A stretch of DNA of 50,657 nucleotides from NCBI GenBank assembly GCA_023249845.1, contig JAHFBW010000002.1, positions 1 through 50,657 of the forward strand, read 5' to 3'. Position numbers and translations under genes: made by a program. Under the pieces are notes generated by a model. That model searched no databases and was not told the DNA's origin. It saw nothing but the letters and a program-made list of their open reading frames with translations. The DNA is from Candidatus Eiseniibacteriota bacterium (lineage in GTDB: Bacteria > Eisenbacteria > RBG-16-71-46). This document shows, in pieces, positions 1 to 9,125 of the stretch; the first letter of the stretch is position 1, and each line of letters opens with the position of its first letter.

Positions 1-60
1 TGGACCGCGACGTGGCGGCGCTCGGTTAGTCGAGGGAGCAGCGCGCGGTGCGATCCCCTG

Positions 61-1899
61 TCAGCCCGGGAACCCCATCCGTTCCACGAGCGACGTGTAG
101 CGCGCGTCGCCGCGCAGCGGGTCGAAGCGCGGATTGACGCGCAGCCACACCATGGCGCGGTCACGCGTCGTGAACCCCTCCTCGAGCTTCGCGAACGCGC
201 GCTCGAGATCGCCCAGCAACGCCAGCGGGCCCGCCAGGGAATAGGGCGGCACGTGGCGTTCCTCCGCCACCGACTCCAGCAGCGCCAACTCGTTCCGGGC
301 CGCGCTCGTCTGGCCGGAGAGCGCCAGCGCGCACGCGAGCCCGGCGCGGATGCGCGGATCGTCGTCGGACTTGAGCACGGAGCGGTACTCCGCCACGGCC
401 TCCTCCGGGCGTCCGCTCTGTTCGAGGATGCGCGCGCGGTCGGCGATGCCGCCGAGCCCACTGTCGGGCGTGGTGAGCGCCACCATCCGCCGGTGATGTT
501 CGAGCGCCTCGTCATAGCGCCGCGCGTAGTAGAAGACGTTCACGAGCGTCGTGGGCATCGCGTAGGACAGCGCGTCCAGCTCCTCGGCCGCGGACGCCTG
601 TTCGAGCGCCTCGTCGAACCGCCCGAGAGCGGTGAGCAGCTCGGCGTACCACTGGTGCCCGGTGGCGTACGTGGGGTCCAGCGCGAGCGCGCGCCGGAAG
701 CCCGCCTCGGACGCCGCCCAGTTCCAGTCCGCGAACAGTTCGGCGAACGCCAGCGACGTGTGCGCCTCGGCCGAGTTCGAGTCCAGTTCGAGCGCGCGCT
801 TGGCCGCGGCGCGTGCCTTCTGGTAACCGAGCCGTGGCGGCAGCCACGCGGCGAGGATGGCGTATCTGTCGGCGAGTCCCGAGTAGGCCTGGGCGTGCTC
901 GGGATCGAGGTCGATGGCAGCCTCGAACTGCTCGATGGCCTGCATCAGGCCGGCGCGCGTGCGCTTGCTCCAGTGTCGCCGGCCGCGCAGGTACGAGCGG
1001 TGCGCCTCGGGGTCGTGCGTCCGCGAACCACTCGCGGGTCGGCGGCGCTCCACGCCGGTTCCGGCGGCGACGAGACGCAGGTCGGCGGCGAGTGCGCGCG
1101 CATTGGGGTAGCGGTCCTCGCCGCGCTTCTCGAGACAGCGCTCGACCACGACGTCGAGGCCGCGCGCGAGTCCTTCGCGGCGCTGCGCGAGCGGCACCAC
1201 GGGCTGGCGCAGGATGGCGTCGGTCACGGCCGGCAGGACCGCGCCCTGGAACGGCGGCTCGCCGGCGAGCAGTTCGTAGAGCACGGCGCCGAGCGAGAAC
1301 ACGTCGGCGCGTTCGTCCACCGGGCGGCCGAGCAGCTGCTCCGGCGACATGTACGGCACCGTGCCCTCGAGCGAGAGCGGTCGGGTGATGGCCTCGGAGA
1401 GCGATGTGTCGTCCTCGAGGCAGCAGGTGGCGAGACCGAAATCCAGCACCTTGACGCGTCCTCGCGTGGTGACCATGACGTTCGCGGGCTTCAGGTCGCG
1501 ATGGATGATGCCGCGTTCATGCGCCGCCTCGAGCGCCTCGCAGATCTGGAGCGCGATGTCCACGACCTCGGGCTCGGGCAACCGGCCGCCCGCCACGCGC
1601 TGGGCGAGCGTCTGCCCGCGCACGAGTTCCATGACCAGGAACTCGATGTCGTCGTGCTGGTCGAAGTCGTACACCGTGGCGATGCCCGGGTGATCCAGCT
1701 GCGACAACAGCCGCGCCTCCTCGCGCAGGCGGGCGCGCGCGTCCCGCCGCTGCAGGACGTTCGGCGAGAGCACCTTGAGCGCCACGTCGCGATGCAGGCG
1801 CTCGTCCCAGGCGCGATACACCGCGCCCATACCGCCACCACCCAGGCGCTCCACCACTCGATAGCGGGCGAGCGTGCGTCCGACGAGCGACGTTTCCAT
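61..1899 (-). CDS. Ser/Thr protein kinase (Hanks type) with C-terminal TPR repeats
   Basis: Kinase motifs GGGGMGAVYRA, VALKVL, HRDLKPANV, DFGLA and YMSPEQ are present, and the C-terminal half is TPR-like. The ORF runs to a GTG at 1914, but the ATG at 1899 is preceded by GGGAG. Confidence 0.9.
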   Translation of the reverse strand: METSLVGRTLARYRVVERLGGGGMGAVYRAWDERLHRDVALKVLSPNVLQRRDARARLREEARLLSQLDHPGIATVYDFDQHDDIEFLVMELVRGQTLAQRVAGGRLPEPEVVDIALQICEALEAAHERGIIHRDLKPANVMVTTRGRVKVLDFGLATCCLEDDTSLSEAITRPLSLEGTVPYMSPEQLLGRPVDERADVFSLGAVLYELLAGEPPFQGAVLPAVTDAILRQPVVPLAQRREGLARGLDVVVERCLEKRGEDRYPNARALAADLRLVAAGTGVERRRPASGSRTHDPEAHRSYLRGRRHWSKRTRAGLMQAIEQFEAAIDLDPEHAQAYSGLADRYAILAAWLPPRLGYQKARAAAKRALELDSNSAEAHTSLAFAELFADWNWAASEAGFRRALALDPTYATGHQWYAELLTALGRFDEALEQASAAEELDALSYAMPTTLVNVFYYARRYDEALEHHRRMVALTTPDSGLGGIADRARILEQSGRPEEAVAEYRSVLKSDDDPRIRAGLACALALSGQTSAARNELALLESVAEERHVPPYSLAGPLALLGDLERAFAKLEEGFTTRDRAMVWLRVNPRFDPLRGDARYTSLVERMGFPG

Positions 1900-1921
1900 G
1901 TCGGGGACTCCCACTCGCGGA

Positions 1922-2398
1922 TCAGTTCGTCACTGGCATGGCCGCGAGGCGGGCCACGTATTCGTCGGGCAGCCGGTGGTGGCGCGCGCCGATCAGGATC
2001 GCGTCCAAGTAGCGTCGCGAGGGCGGCGACGGGTTCGCCGGTCGTGCGATGAACGTCCACGGGAGCAGGCGCCGCGGGAACGAGCCATCGTCTGCGCGCA
2101 CGAGCTGCACGCTCACGGTCTCGCGGTCGTAGAGGTTGTGCTGGTCTCCAGGCCCCACGAAGTGCTCGTATCGATCGAGCGAGGCCATGTCCTCTTCGGT
2201 CACGGCGTAGACCACGCCCCATACCGTTTCGCCGTGCGCCACGCCCAGGCTGGCGACGCCCCCGCCCCAGTCGTGCGACGTGAGCGGGAACGACAGTCGG
2301 TGGTCCTTCAACTCGGCCAGTCCGACGACAGAATGGCCCGGGCAGCGCCGCCGCATCTGCTGCGGTTCGAGGTTGGAGGCATAGGCGAAATAGAGCAT
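1922..2398 (-). CDS. gamma-glutamylcyclotransferase (AIG2/GGCT-like) family protein
   Basis: The N-terminus MLYFAYASNL is typical of the GGCT fold. The product is 158 aa, and the gene lies 23 bp upstream of the kinase gene on the same strand. Confidence 0.75.
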   Translation of the reverse strand: MLYFAYASNLEPQQMRRRCPGHSVVGLAELKDHRLSFPLTSHDWGGGVASLGVAHGETVWGVVYAVTEEDMASLDRYEHFVGPGDQHNLYDRETVSVQLVRADDGSFPRRLLPWTFIARPANPSPPSRRYLDAILIGARHHRLPDEYVARLAAMPVTN

Positions 2399-2610
2399 GG
2401 AGTTCTCGAGTGACGGGGGGGAATCGCGTCCAGAGAATAGCGGATGCCGCCGGCCCGGTGGCGCCCGGCCCGTGCGGTGGCTTCAGGCCAAGCCGTCCTC
2501 GTGACGGGTCGCGGCCCGGTCGCTATAGTGCCCGGACCCGCGCTCCGCGCGGGTGCCCCCCTTGCCTCCGCCGGTGCAGCACCGGCGTACCCCCCCTTCC
2601 CGGAGAGTGC

Positions 2611-3339
2611 ATGGCCGTCGACATCCTGGCTTTCGGGCCCCACCCCGATGACGCCGAGATCGGCACGGGCGGCGTGCTGCGCAAACTCAAGGACCGTGGC
2701 CGCACCACGGGCATCATCGACATGACCTCCGGTGACATGGGCTGGGGCACGCCAGAGATCCGGGCGGATGAGGCCCGTGCCGCGGCAGCCGTCTTGAAAC
2801 TCGACGTGCGCGAGTGCCTGGACCTGGGTGATTGCCGGGTCGAGGACACGTTCGAGAACCGCTGCATAGTGGCGAACGTCATCCGCCGGCACCGGCCGCA
2901 GATCATTTTGTCCCCTTACTACGACCTTCCCATCGGGCGCGGCCTCGGCCACAACGACCACTACAAGACCGGCCAGATCGTGGCGAACGCGTACAACCTC
3001 GCGCACCTGGCCAAGGCGCCGTGCGAAGGCGAGCCCTATCAGGCGAAGGCGATCTACTTCTACTTCATCCCGCCCGGCTCGAAGCCCACGTTCATCGTGG
3101 ACATCTCGGCGTACGCCGAGGACTGGCTGAACGCGATCGACTCCCACAAGAGCCAGTTCTACCACCCCGACCGGCCGCGCCCGGCGAACTCGCCGCACCC
3201 CCGTGAGGCGTTCGAGTCGTACGCGCGCTACTGGGGCTGGCAGATCGGCGTCCGCCACGCGCAGGCGTTCCTCGCCACCTCGCCGCTCAAGGTGGACGAT
3301 CCACTGACACTCGTGGAGTCGGTGACTCCACGTCCATGA
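2611..3339 (+). CDS. PIG-L/LmbE family N-acetylglucosaminyl deacetylase (BshB1-like)
   Basis: The N-terminus is MAVDILAFGPHPDDAEIGTGG (AHPDDxE metal motif), with HNDH further in. The upstream 67 codons of the ORF look non-coding, so I start at the ATG at 2611. Confidence 0.85.
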   Translation: MAVDILAFGPHPDDAEIGTGGVLRKLKDRGRTTGIIDMTSGDMGWGTPEIRADEARAAAAVLKLDVRECLDLGDCRVEDTFENRCIVANVIRRHRPQIILSPYYDLPIGRGLGHNDHYKTGQIVANAYNLAHLAKAPCEGEPYQAKAIYFYFIPPGSKPTFIVDISAYAEDWLNAIDSHKSQFYHPDRPRPANSPHPREAFESYARYWGWQIGVRHAQAFLATSPLKVDDPLTLVESVTPRP

Positions 3340-4031
3340 ACGGGGTACCCCGCCTCGCGCGCCGACTGTTTGCGTTCGCAGGCCTCGTGGCGGGCGTCGC
3401 GGCCGCCGCGACGCCGGAGGTCTCCGCGGAGCTGGCCCGCGTAGAAGCGCGCCAGGCGCAGCTCCTGGCGCGCCACCGCCCCGACCTCGCCGAACTCTGG
3501 AACCTGGAGACGCCCGCGGGCGAGGCGTTCGTGGGCCTGTCGGAGTCGAACATCGCAGCGCACGCTCGCGCGCTCCACACCATGCTCGACCGCGCCTCGA
3601 CGCTGCCCGCCGGCGCTCGCACCGACTCGCTGCGCGCCAGGCTGGCGCTCGAACTGGCCGAGACCGAGCCGGGCGGGGCGCTCCGGCGTGACGCGCTCCT
3701 GTGGCTCGACATCGTGGCCGCCGCCGCGCGCGCGCCACTGGCCTCCGGCCCTGCGAGCGGCTGTTCGCGGACGCATCGCGTCACGCGCCAGCTGCGCGCG
3801 GTGCCCGAGGCGCTTCGCGGCGCGGCGATCCTGTTGCGCGGCGCGCCGGCGCCCGATGGGCGCATGTTCGAAGCCCGGGTCAGCAGGGTCGAATGGCTGT
3901 TTCGCCAGGACCTCCCGTCCCGGACCGAAGTTTGCAAGGAGCCGCGCCGCCTGGCGGAGTTCGCGCGTGCCGACACACTCGCTGCAACAGCTTTGGCGAG
4001 TTTCCGGCAGCGCGTCACCCCGGGGCCGTGA
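3336..4031 (+). CDS. hypothetical secreted protein
   Basis: Its start overlaps the previous stop (ATGA). It has a signal-peptide-like N-terminus (RLFAFAGLVAGVAAAA) and good GC3, but I recognise no motif with confidence. Confidence 0.5.
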   Translation: MNGVPRLARRLFAFAGLVAGVAAAATPEVSAELARVEARQAQLLARHRPDLAELWNLETPAGEAFVGLSESNIAAHARALHTMLDRASTLPAGARTDSLRARLALELAETEPGGALRRDALLWLDIVAAAARAPLASGPASGCSRTHRVTRQLRAVPEALRGAAILLRGAPAPDGRMFEARVSRVEWLFRQDLPSRTEVCKEPRRLAEFARADTLAATALASFRQRVTPGP

Positions 4032-4071
4032 GCAATCGCCATGGCAGGCATTGCGAACTGCATGCAAGGCC

Positions 4072-4101
4072 TTGACTTACCGCGAGCACAACGGCTAATC
4101 T
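4072..4101 (+). promoter_or_regulatory. candidate sigma70-type promoter for the DD-carboxypeptidase gene
   Basis: TTGACT (4072-4077), an 18-nt spacer and TAATCT (4096-4101) lie in a locally AT-richer stretch about 75 nt upstream of the ATG at 4177. Confidence 0.35.
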
Positions 4102-4176
4102 TCATAAGATATACCTGCCGATACCAAGGATGGTTCGGTGCCCGGTACTCCCTCCGGGCCTTCAAGGAGATCCTCC

Positions 4177-5106
4177 ATGCGTTTGCGCTTGCCGGGCGTG
4201 CCCCACGTCCTCGCCCTGCTGGCGAGCCTCGCCACGATGGCCGAGGCCGCCCCTGCCCCAGTCTCCGCGCCGGGTCCCGTGACGCTCGCCGTCACGAGGG
4301 GCACGACTCACTCCGCCGCGACGCGGCGGCGTCGCGCGCGCCGGCGCCGGCCGCTGCCGGCGGACGGGGTGTACGCGCGGAACGCCATCCTGCTCGATCC
4401 GGGCACGGGCGAGGTGCTGTTCGAGAAGAACTCGTCGCGCTCGGTGCCGATCGCAAGTCTCACCAAACTCATGACGGCGCTCGTGTTCCTCGAACAGAAG
4501 CCCGACCTGTCGCGCCAGGCCGAGGTGACCCTCTCCGAGATCCGCGGCGCGGGCCATACGCAGCTTCGTCGCGGAGAGATCGTGCCGCTCGGCGAGCTCC
4601 TGCGCATGAGCCTCATGAGTTCGGACAACTGCGCGACGCGAGTGGTGGCGCGCGAGTCGGGACTCCCGCCGAGCGATTTCATCGCGCGAATGAACCTGAA
4701 GGCCGTGGAACTGGGCCTCACGGGCACGCGGTTCGTGGAGTTCACCGGCCTGGACGAGCACAACGTGTCCACGGCATCGGATGTGGCGCGGCTGCTGCAC
4801 GCGGCCGCCAACGAGCCGCTCGTCGCCGAGATCTCCACGACGCGTTCGCACGAGTTCCGCTCGGATCGCCGCCGGCACATGATCGGCAACACGAACCGCC
4901 TGCTCTACGGGCGCTACGAGGTGCTGGGCGGCAAGACCGGATTCATCCAAGAGGCCGGCTACTGCTTCGCGACCTGGGTTCGCACGCAGGGCCGAGACCT
5001 GATCGCGGTGGTGCTGGGCGCGCCCACGAACGCCACGCGCTTCGCGGACACGGTCCGCTTGCTGCAGAAGGTGCAGCAACCCGCCGCCACGTCCACGCAC
5101 CTCTGA
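4177..5106 (+). CDS. D-alanyl-D-alanine carboxypeptidase/endopeptidase (peptidase S11)
   Basis: Motifs SLTK (SxxK), SSDN (SxN) and KTG are present, with a signal peptide. An AAGGAGA RBS lies 6 nt before the ATG at 4177. Confidence 0.85.
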   Translation: MRLRLPGVPHVLALLASLATMAEAAPAPVSAPGPVTLAVTRGTTHSAATRRRRARRRRPLPADGVYARNAILLDPGTGEVLFEKNSSRSVPIASLTKLMTALVFLEQKPDLSRQAEVTLSEIRGAGHTQLRRGEIVPLGELLRMSLMSSDNCATRVVARESGLPPSDFIARMNLKAVELGLTGTRFVEFTGLDEHNVSTASDVARLLHAAANEPLVAEISTTRSHEFRSDRRRHMIGNTNRLLYGRYEVLGGKTGFIQEAGYCFATWVRTQGRDLIAVVLGAPTNATRFADTVRLLQKVQQPAATSTHL

Positions 5107-5107
5107 C

Positions 5108-5899
5108 ATGAGCGCGCGCGATGTCGCGTCGCGCGCGAACTGGGCGGCCGCGCTGGCCGGGCTCGTGGTCGGCTTGGCCGGCGGACTGTTCGGGGTGGGC
5201 GGTGGCATCCTGCTGGTGCCCCTGCTCACCTCGTTCTTCTCGCTCACCCAGCATCAGGCGCACGGCACGTCCCTGGCGGCGATCGGCGCGACCGCGGTGG
5301 CGGGCCTCGTGGTCTACGGCCTCGCGGGCAACGTGGCGTGGTGGCCGGCGGCGCTGATGTCGGTGGCGAGCGTGGTCGCCGCGCGCGCGGGGGCACGGTT
5401 CGCCGCGCGCACGAGCCGCGAGCGCCTCACCCTGTCGTTCGCGGTGTTCGTACTGCTGGTGGCGGCGCGCATCCTGTGGCGAGCCCCGGTGGGTTCGGCC
5501 GATCACGCGCTCACGGGCGCGTCCGGGATGCTGGCCTCGCTCGGCGTTGGCGCCTCCGTGGGGATGCTCTCGGGGTACATGGGCGTGGGTGGCGGGGTCA
5601 TCGCGGTGCCGGCGCTCACGCTGCTGTTCGGCATGCCCCAGCAGATGGCCCAGGGGACGAGCCTCGCGCTCATCCTGGTGACGGCCCCGTTCGGGGCGCT
5701 CGAGCACCATCGGCTGGGCAACGTCGTGCCGCGGCTGCTACCCGGGCTCATGCTGGGAGCGCTCGTCGGCGCCCCGCTCGCATCGCTTGTGGCCCAGCGG
5801 CTTCCGCAGGCGGACCTGGCCCGGGGATTCGCGCTGTTCCTGGTCGCGAATGCCCTGCGCATGGGCTGGGTCGTGCTTCGCCGCCCTCGGGTCGCCTGA
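5108..5899 (+). CDS. TauE/SafE (TSUP, DUF81) family anion exporter
   Basis: It is a multi-TM protein with repeated GxGGGxxxVP motifs (GLFGVGGGILLVPLL and GYMGVGGGVIAVPAL). Confidence 0.85.
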   Translation: MSARDVASRANWAAALAGLVVGLAGGLFGVGGGILLVPLLTSFFSLTQHQAHGTSLAAIGATAVAGLVVYGLAGNVAWWPAALMSVASVVAARAGARFAARTSRERLTLSFAVFVLLVAARILWRAPVGSADHALTGASGMLASLGVGASVGMLSGYMGVGGGVIAVPALTLLFGMPQQMAQGTSLALILVTAPFGALEHHRLGNVVPRLLPGLMLGALVGAPLASLVAQRLPQADLARGFALFLVANALRMGWVVLRRPRVA

Positions 5900-6215
5900 C
5901 CTCACGGCGCGCGAACCGCCTCCCGCCCCCCGGGAGTGGGTCCGCCCGCTCGCGACTCGAGGGTGCCACCGCTGTGGATAACCGGCCTGCGTTCATACGG
6001 GTGTTCCGGAGTTTCCCGGTGTGCGTTGCGGTGGGGAGACAAGTGGGACGAAAGTGATTCTCCCCTTGCCCGGCTGGGGGAATTCGCGCATCTTTCATGG
6101 TGTCCCGACTCCACCTCAGCGATCTGACGCCTCGATTAGGCCGTGGTCGAGCCGGCATTGGTGATCCCGCAACGGGCACCCACCACGCTATCCAACAGTT
6201 GAAAGGAGTCCCCTC

Positions 6216-6992
6216 ATGAAGCGACTGGCTACCCTGCTGGGCGTCCTCGCCCTGGCCGCGGTCCTCGCTCCCCCCGCCTCCGCCATCAGCATCTTCGCCG
6301 ATGGTTTCGCCTACGCGAACGGCAACCTCGTTCCCAATGGTGGCTGGGCGAACTACAGCGGGGCCGTCACCGACGTCCAGGTCGTCGGCGGCCGCGCGAC
6401 CGGCGGCGCCATCGGCAACCCGTCGAACGACGACCACCGGCTGTTCGCGGTCCAGCCGACCACGAGCAAGACCTACGCATGCTTCATCGCGAACATCCCG
6501 ACGTTCGCGGGCATACCGAAGCCCATCTACTTCGCGGAGCTGAAGGATGCGGGCGCCGCGGCCCTGGTTTCGCGCGTGTACGTCGTGAACTTCCCGGGTG
6601 GTGGGTGGACGTTCGGCATCTCGCACTCGAGCACCGCCGCCGCGGTTGGCCTCACGCGGTGGACGGCCCCGCTCAACTTCAACCAGGACTACACGCTCGT
6701 CATCAACTACGATCCTGTGAACAAGTCCTCGACGCTGTGGGTGAACCCGGTGACCGAGTTCAGCCCGAGCGTCACGGACGTGAACGCGGCGATCGCGGCG
6801 CTCGCGGTTCAGGGATTCGGCCTGCGCCAGAGCAATGCCGCCTCCACGCTCCCGGCGGAGTTCGCGGGAGCCGCCGATTGGAACTGGATCGTGGACAACC
6901 TCGGTGTCGGCACGACATTCGACGACGCTTGCTCGCGTCCGACTCCCACGCGTTCGACCACGTGGGGCAGTGTGAAGGCCATCTACCGCTGA
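6216..6992 (+). CDS. secreted hypothetical protein ending in the TTWGSVKAIYR motif
   Basis: An AAGGAG RBS precedes the start, and the signal peptide is MKRLATLLGVLALAAVLAPPASA. The C-terminal motif is shared with the CDS at 9126-9773. Confidence 0.75.
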   Translation: MKRLATLLGVLALAAVLAPPASAISIFADGFAYANGNLVPNGGWANYSGAVTDVQVVGGRATGGAIGNPSNDDHRLFAVQPTTSKTYACFIANIPTFAGIPKPIYFAELKDAGAAALVSRVYVVNFPGGGWTFGISHSSTAAAVGLTRWTAPLNFNQDYTLVINYDPVNKSSTLWVNPVTEFSPSVTDVNAAIAALAVQGFGLRQSNAASTLPAEFAGAADWNWIVDNLGVGTTFDDACSRPTPTRSTTWGSVKAIYR

Positions 6993-7017
6993 ACGGGTAG
7001 CCTTCGCTCGCAGCGGG

Positions 7018-7056
7018 ACCCCGCGCCCTCACGGGCGCGGGGTTCTTGCTTTCTGC
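7018..7056 (+). terminator. intrinsic terminator after the 6216-6992 gene
   Basis: The stem ACCCCGCGCCC (7018-7028) pairs with GGGCGCGGGGT (7033-7043) across a TCAC loop, followed by TCTTGCTTTCTGC. Confidence 0.6.
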
Positions 7057-7340
7057 AACCGAACGTTGCGGCGCGCACGCCTCGGGCGTGCCGCCCACTC
7101 GCGCGTCACTCGCCAACCCGTGCGGTCGCATCGGCTTCACCCGCGATGCCGCGGAGATTCGCTGTCGGCACTCGCGCCGCGCCCCCGAACCCGCATGGGG
7201 GCATGCGGTTCTGCACCTGCGCCGGCGCCCCGCGAATGCCTTCGCCGAACGGCAGTGCACTTGCTTCTCCTTGACGGTGGGGCCCCGCCACCCGGGCCCG
7301 GGCATCCCCTTTCGCCTCCCCCCACCGCCACGGAGGGCCC

Positions 7341-9122
7341 ATGGCCCGGCCGTCCCGAAACCGTCCGTCGCAGGGTCGTCGCACGTTGCGCGCCACGTCC
7401 GCGCTCGAGGCGCCCTCGCTTCGCTCGGCCGACAGCACGCATCCGGGCGTGCGTCCGGCCACCACCGGCTCGCTGCCCCTCGAGGTGTCGCGCCGGGCGC
7501 AGCGAGAGATGGATCGGTTGCGCCGGCTTCCCACGGGCTCGCCCGAGGCGGCGCAGGTGCGCGCCTATCTCCAGTGGCTGTGGAGCACGCCATGGGAGGT
7601 GGTGGCAGGCGAGGACGCTGACCTGCGACACGTGCAGGCCGAGCTGGAGCAGGAGCACCTCGGACTCACGAAGGCCAAGGAGCGCATCCTCGAATACCTT
7701 GCGGTGCGGCGGCTGAAGCGCGACCTGCCGGGTCCCGCGCTGTGCGTGGTCGGCCCGCATGGAACGGGGAAGACCTCGCTCGGGAGCGAGGTGGCGCGCG
7801 CGCTCCGCCGGCCGTTCGCGCGCGTGAATGTCTCGGGCACGTCGGACGCGGTCGAGCTCGTGGGCGAGCAGCGCACCACACCGGGCGCGCAGCCGGGCAA
7901 GATCCTTCGCGCGGTGCGCGCGGCCGGCGTCCGGAACCCGGTTCTGCTGATCGACGGCGTGGACCGGCTGGTGGGCGAGGGCGGCCACGGCGTGGCCGAG
8001 GTGTTGCTCGAACTCCTGGATCCCGAGAGCGCGGCGCAGTTCACCGACCACTACCTGGGCCTGCCGGTCGACCTGTCGCACGCCGTGGTGCTCATGTGCG
8101 CGAACCAGCTCGAGCTCGTGCCCGAAGCACTTCAAGAACGCATGGAGGTGATCGAGGTTCCGGGCTACTCCGAGGACGAGAAGCTCGAGATCGCGCGCCG
8201 ATTCCTGCTGCCTCGACAGCTCACGGAGCACGGCCTCACCGGACGCGACGTGACGCTCTCGGACGAGACCGTGCGCGCGCTCGTGCGCTACTACACGCTC
8301 GAGGCCGGCGTGCGCGCGCTCGCCCGCCAGATCGCGACCATCTGCCGCAAGGTGGCGCGAGCCCGAGCCACGGGCGACCCGCGCCGTCACGCCGTGCGCC
8401 CGGACCAGCTCGAGGACTACCTCGGCCACCGCGTCTACCAGCCCGAGATGGCCGGCAAGGAGGACGAGGTGGGTGTGGCCATGGGCCTCGCCTGGACCGC
8501 CGCCGGCGGCGAGGTGCTGGTCGTCGAGGCCATCAAGATGCCGGGCGCGGGCCGCGTCGTGCTCACCGGCCAGCTCGGCGACGTCATGAAGGAGTCGGTG
8601 CAGGCGGCGCACTCGTACGTGCGCTCGCGCGCCGCGGCGCTGGACATTCCGTCCGACGCATTCGGGCGGTTCGACATCCACGTGCACTTCCCCGCCGCGG
8701 GCGTTCCCAAGGACGGCCCCTCCGCCGGCATCACCGTGGGGCTCGTCGTGGCCTCGGTGCTTTCGGATCGCGCCATCCATCACGACATCGCCATGACCGG
8801 CGAGGTGAGCCTGCGCGGCAAGGTGCTGCCCGTCGGCGGCATGCGCGAGAAGGCGCTCGCGGCTTACCGCGCGGGATTCCGGGCGCTCATGTTCCCGGCC
8901 GGCAACTTGAAGGACGTGGACGACATCCCGCTCGACGTGCGCGACAAGCTCGAACTGATCGCCGTGGAGACCATGGACGAGGTGTTCGCGTGCGCGCTGT
9001 CGCGCGTCATCCTGCCGCAGAACATGAATGGCGAGTTCGTGCTGGAGGATGTGATCGAGGACGACGAGGAATCCGACGAGGCCACGCCCAGCCCTGGCGT
9101 GGTGATGGAGGACGAGGAGTAG
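7341..9122 (+). CDS. Lon-like protease lacking the N-terminal domain, with a degenerate AAA+ module
   Basis: It aligns to LonA from the pre-ATPase helix onward. Walker A is GPHGTGKTS, Walker B is VLLIDGVD (Glu replaced by Gly), and the protease motifs PKDGPSAG and GGMREK are present. The start codon is uncertain. Confidence 0.85.
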   Translation: MARPSRNRPSQGRRTLRATSALEAPSLRSADSTHPGVRPATTGSLPLEVSRRAQREMDRLRRLPTGSPEAAQVRAYLQWLWSTPWEVVAGEDADLRHVQAELEQEHLGLTKAKERILEYLAVRRLKRDLPGPALCVVGPHGTGKTSLGSEVARALRRPFARVNVSGTSDAVELVGEQRTTPGAQPGKILRAVRAAGVRNPVLLIDGVDRLVGEGGHGVAEVLLELLDPESAAQFTDHYLGLPVDLSHAVVLMCANQLELVPEALQERMEVIEVPGYSEDEKLEIARRFLLPRQLTEHGLTGRDVTLSDETVRALVRYYTLEAGVRALARQIATICRKVARARATGDPRRHAVRPDQLEDYLGHRVYQPEMAGKEDEVGVAMGLAWTAAGGEVLVVEAIKMPGAGRVVLTGQLGDVMKESVQAAHSYVRSRAAALDIPSDAFGRFDIHVHFPAAGVPKDGPSAGITVGLVVASVLSDRAIHHDIAMTGEVSLRGKVLPVGGMREKALAAYRAGFRALMFPAGNLKDVDDIPLDVRDKLELIAVETMDEVFACALSRVILPQNMNGEFVLEDVIEDDEESDEATPSPGVVMEDEE

Positions 9123-9125
9123 GCG

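Noticed and set aside
253-2052. A 599-aa ORF on the + strand overlaps the kinase gene. Similar long shadow ORFs lie at 7137-8783(-), 19908-21839(-), 28199-29860(-), 36725-38434(+), 42517-43554(-), 44812-46533(-) and 47444-49060(-).
   Set aside because: All are antisense or out of frame relative to genes with clear family motifs. Their translations are Arg/Ala/Gly/Pro-rich low-complexity strings typical of stop-poor alternative frames in high-GC DNA. None has a recognisable motif or an RBS.
3336-4031. A truncated DUF885-like pseudogene.
   Set aside because: The resemblance is only an impression from the N-terminal pattern. I could identify no diagnostic motif and saw no frameshift or stop remnants downstream. 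I report it as a hypothetical CDS instead.
8841-8852. Apparent loss of the Lon catalytic lysine, since GGMREK replaces GGLKEK.
   Set aside because: Counting from Ser679 in E. coli Lon, the catalytic Lys722 is the second K of LKEK, and that residue is conserved here (codon 8850-8852). Only the non-catalytic first Lys is replaced by Arg.
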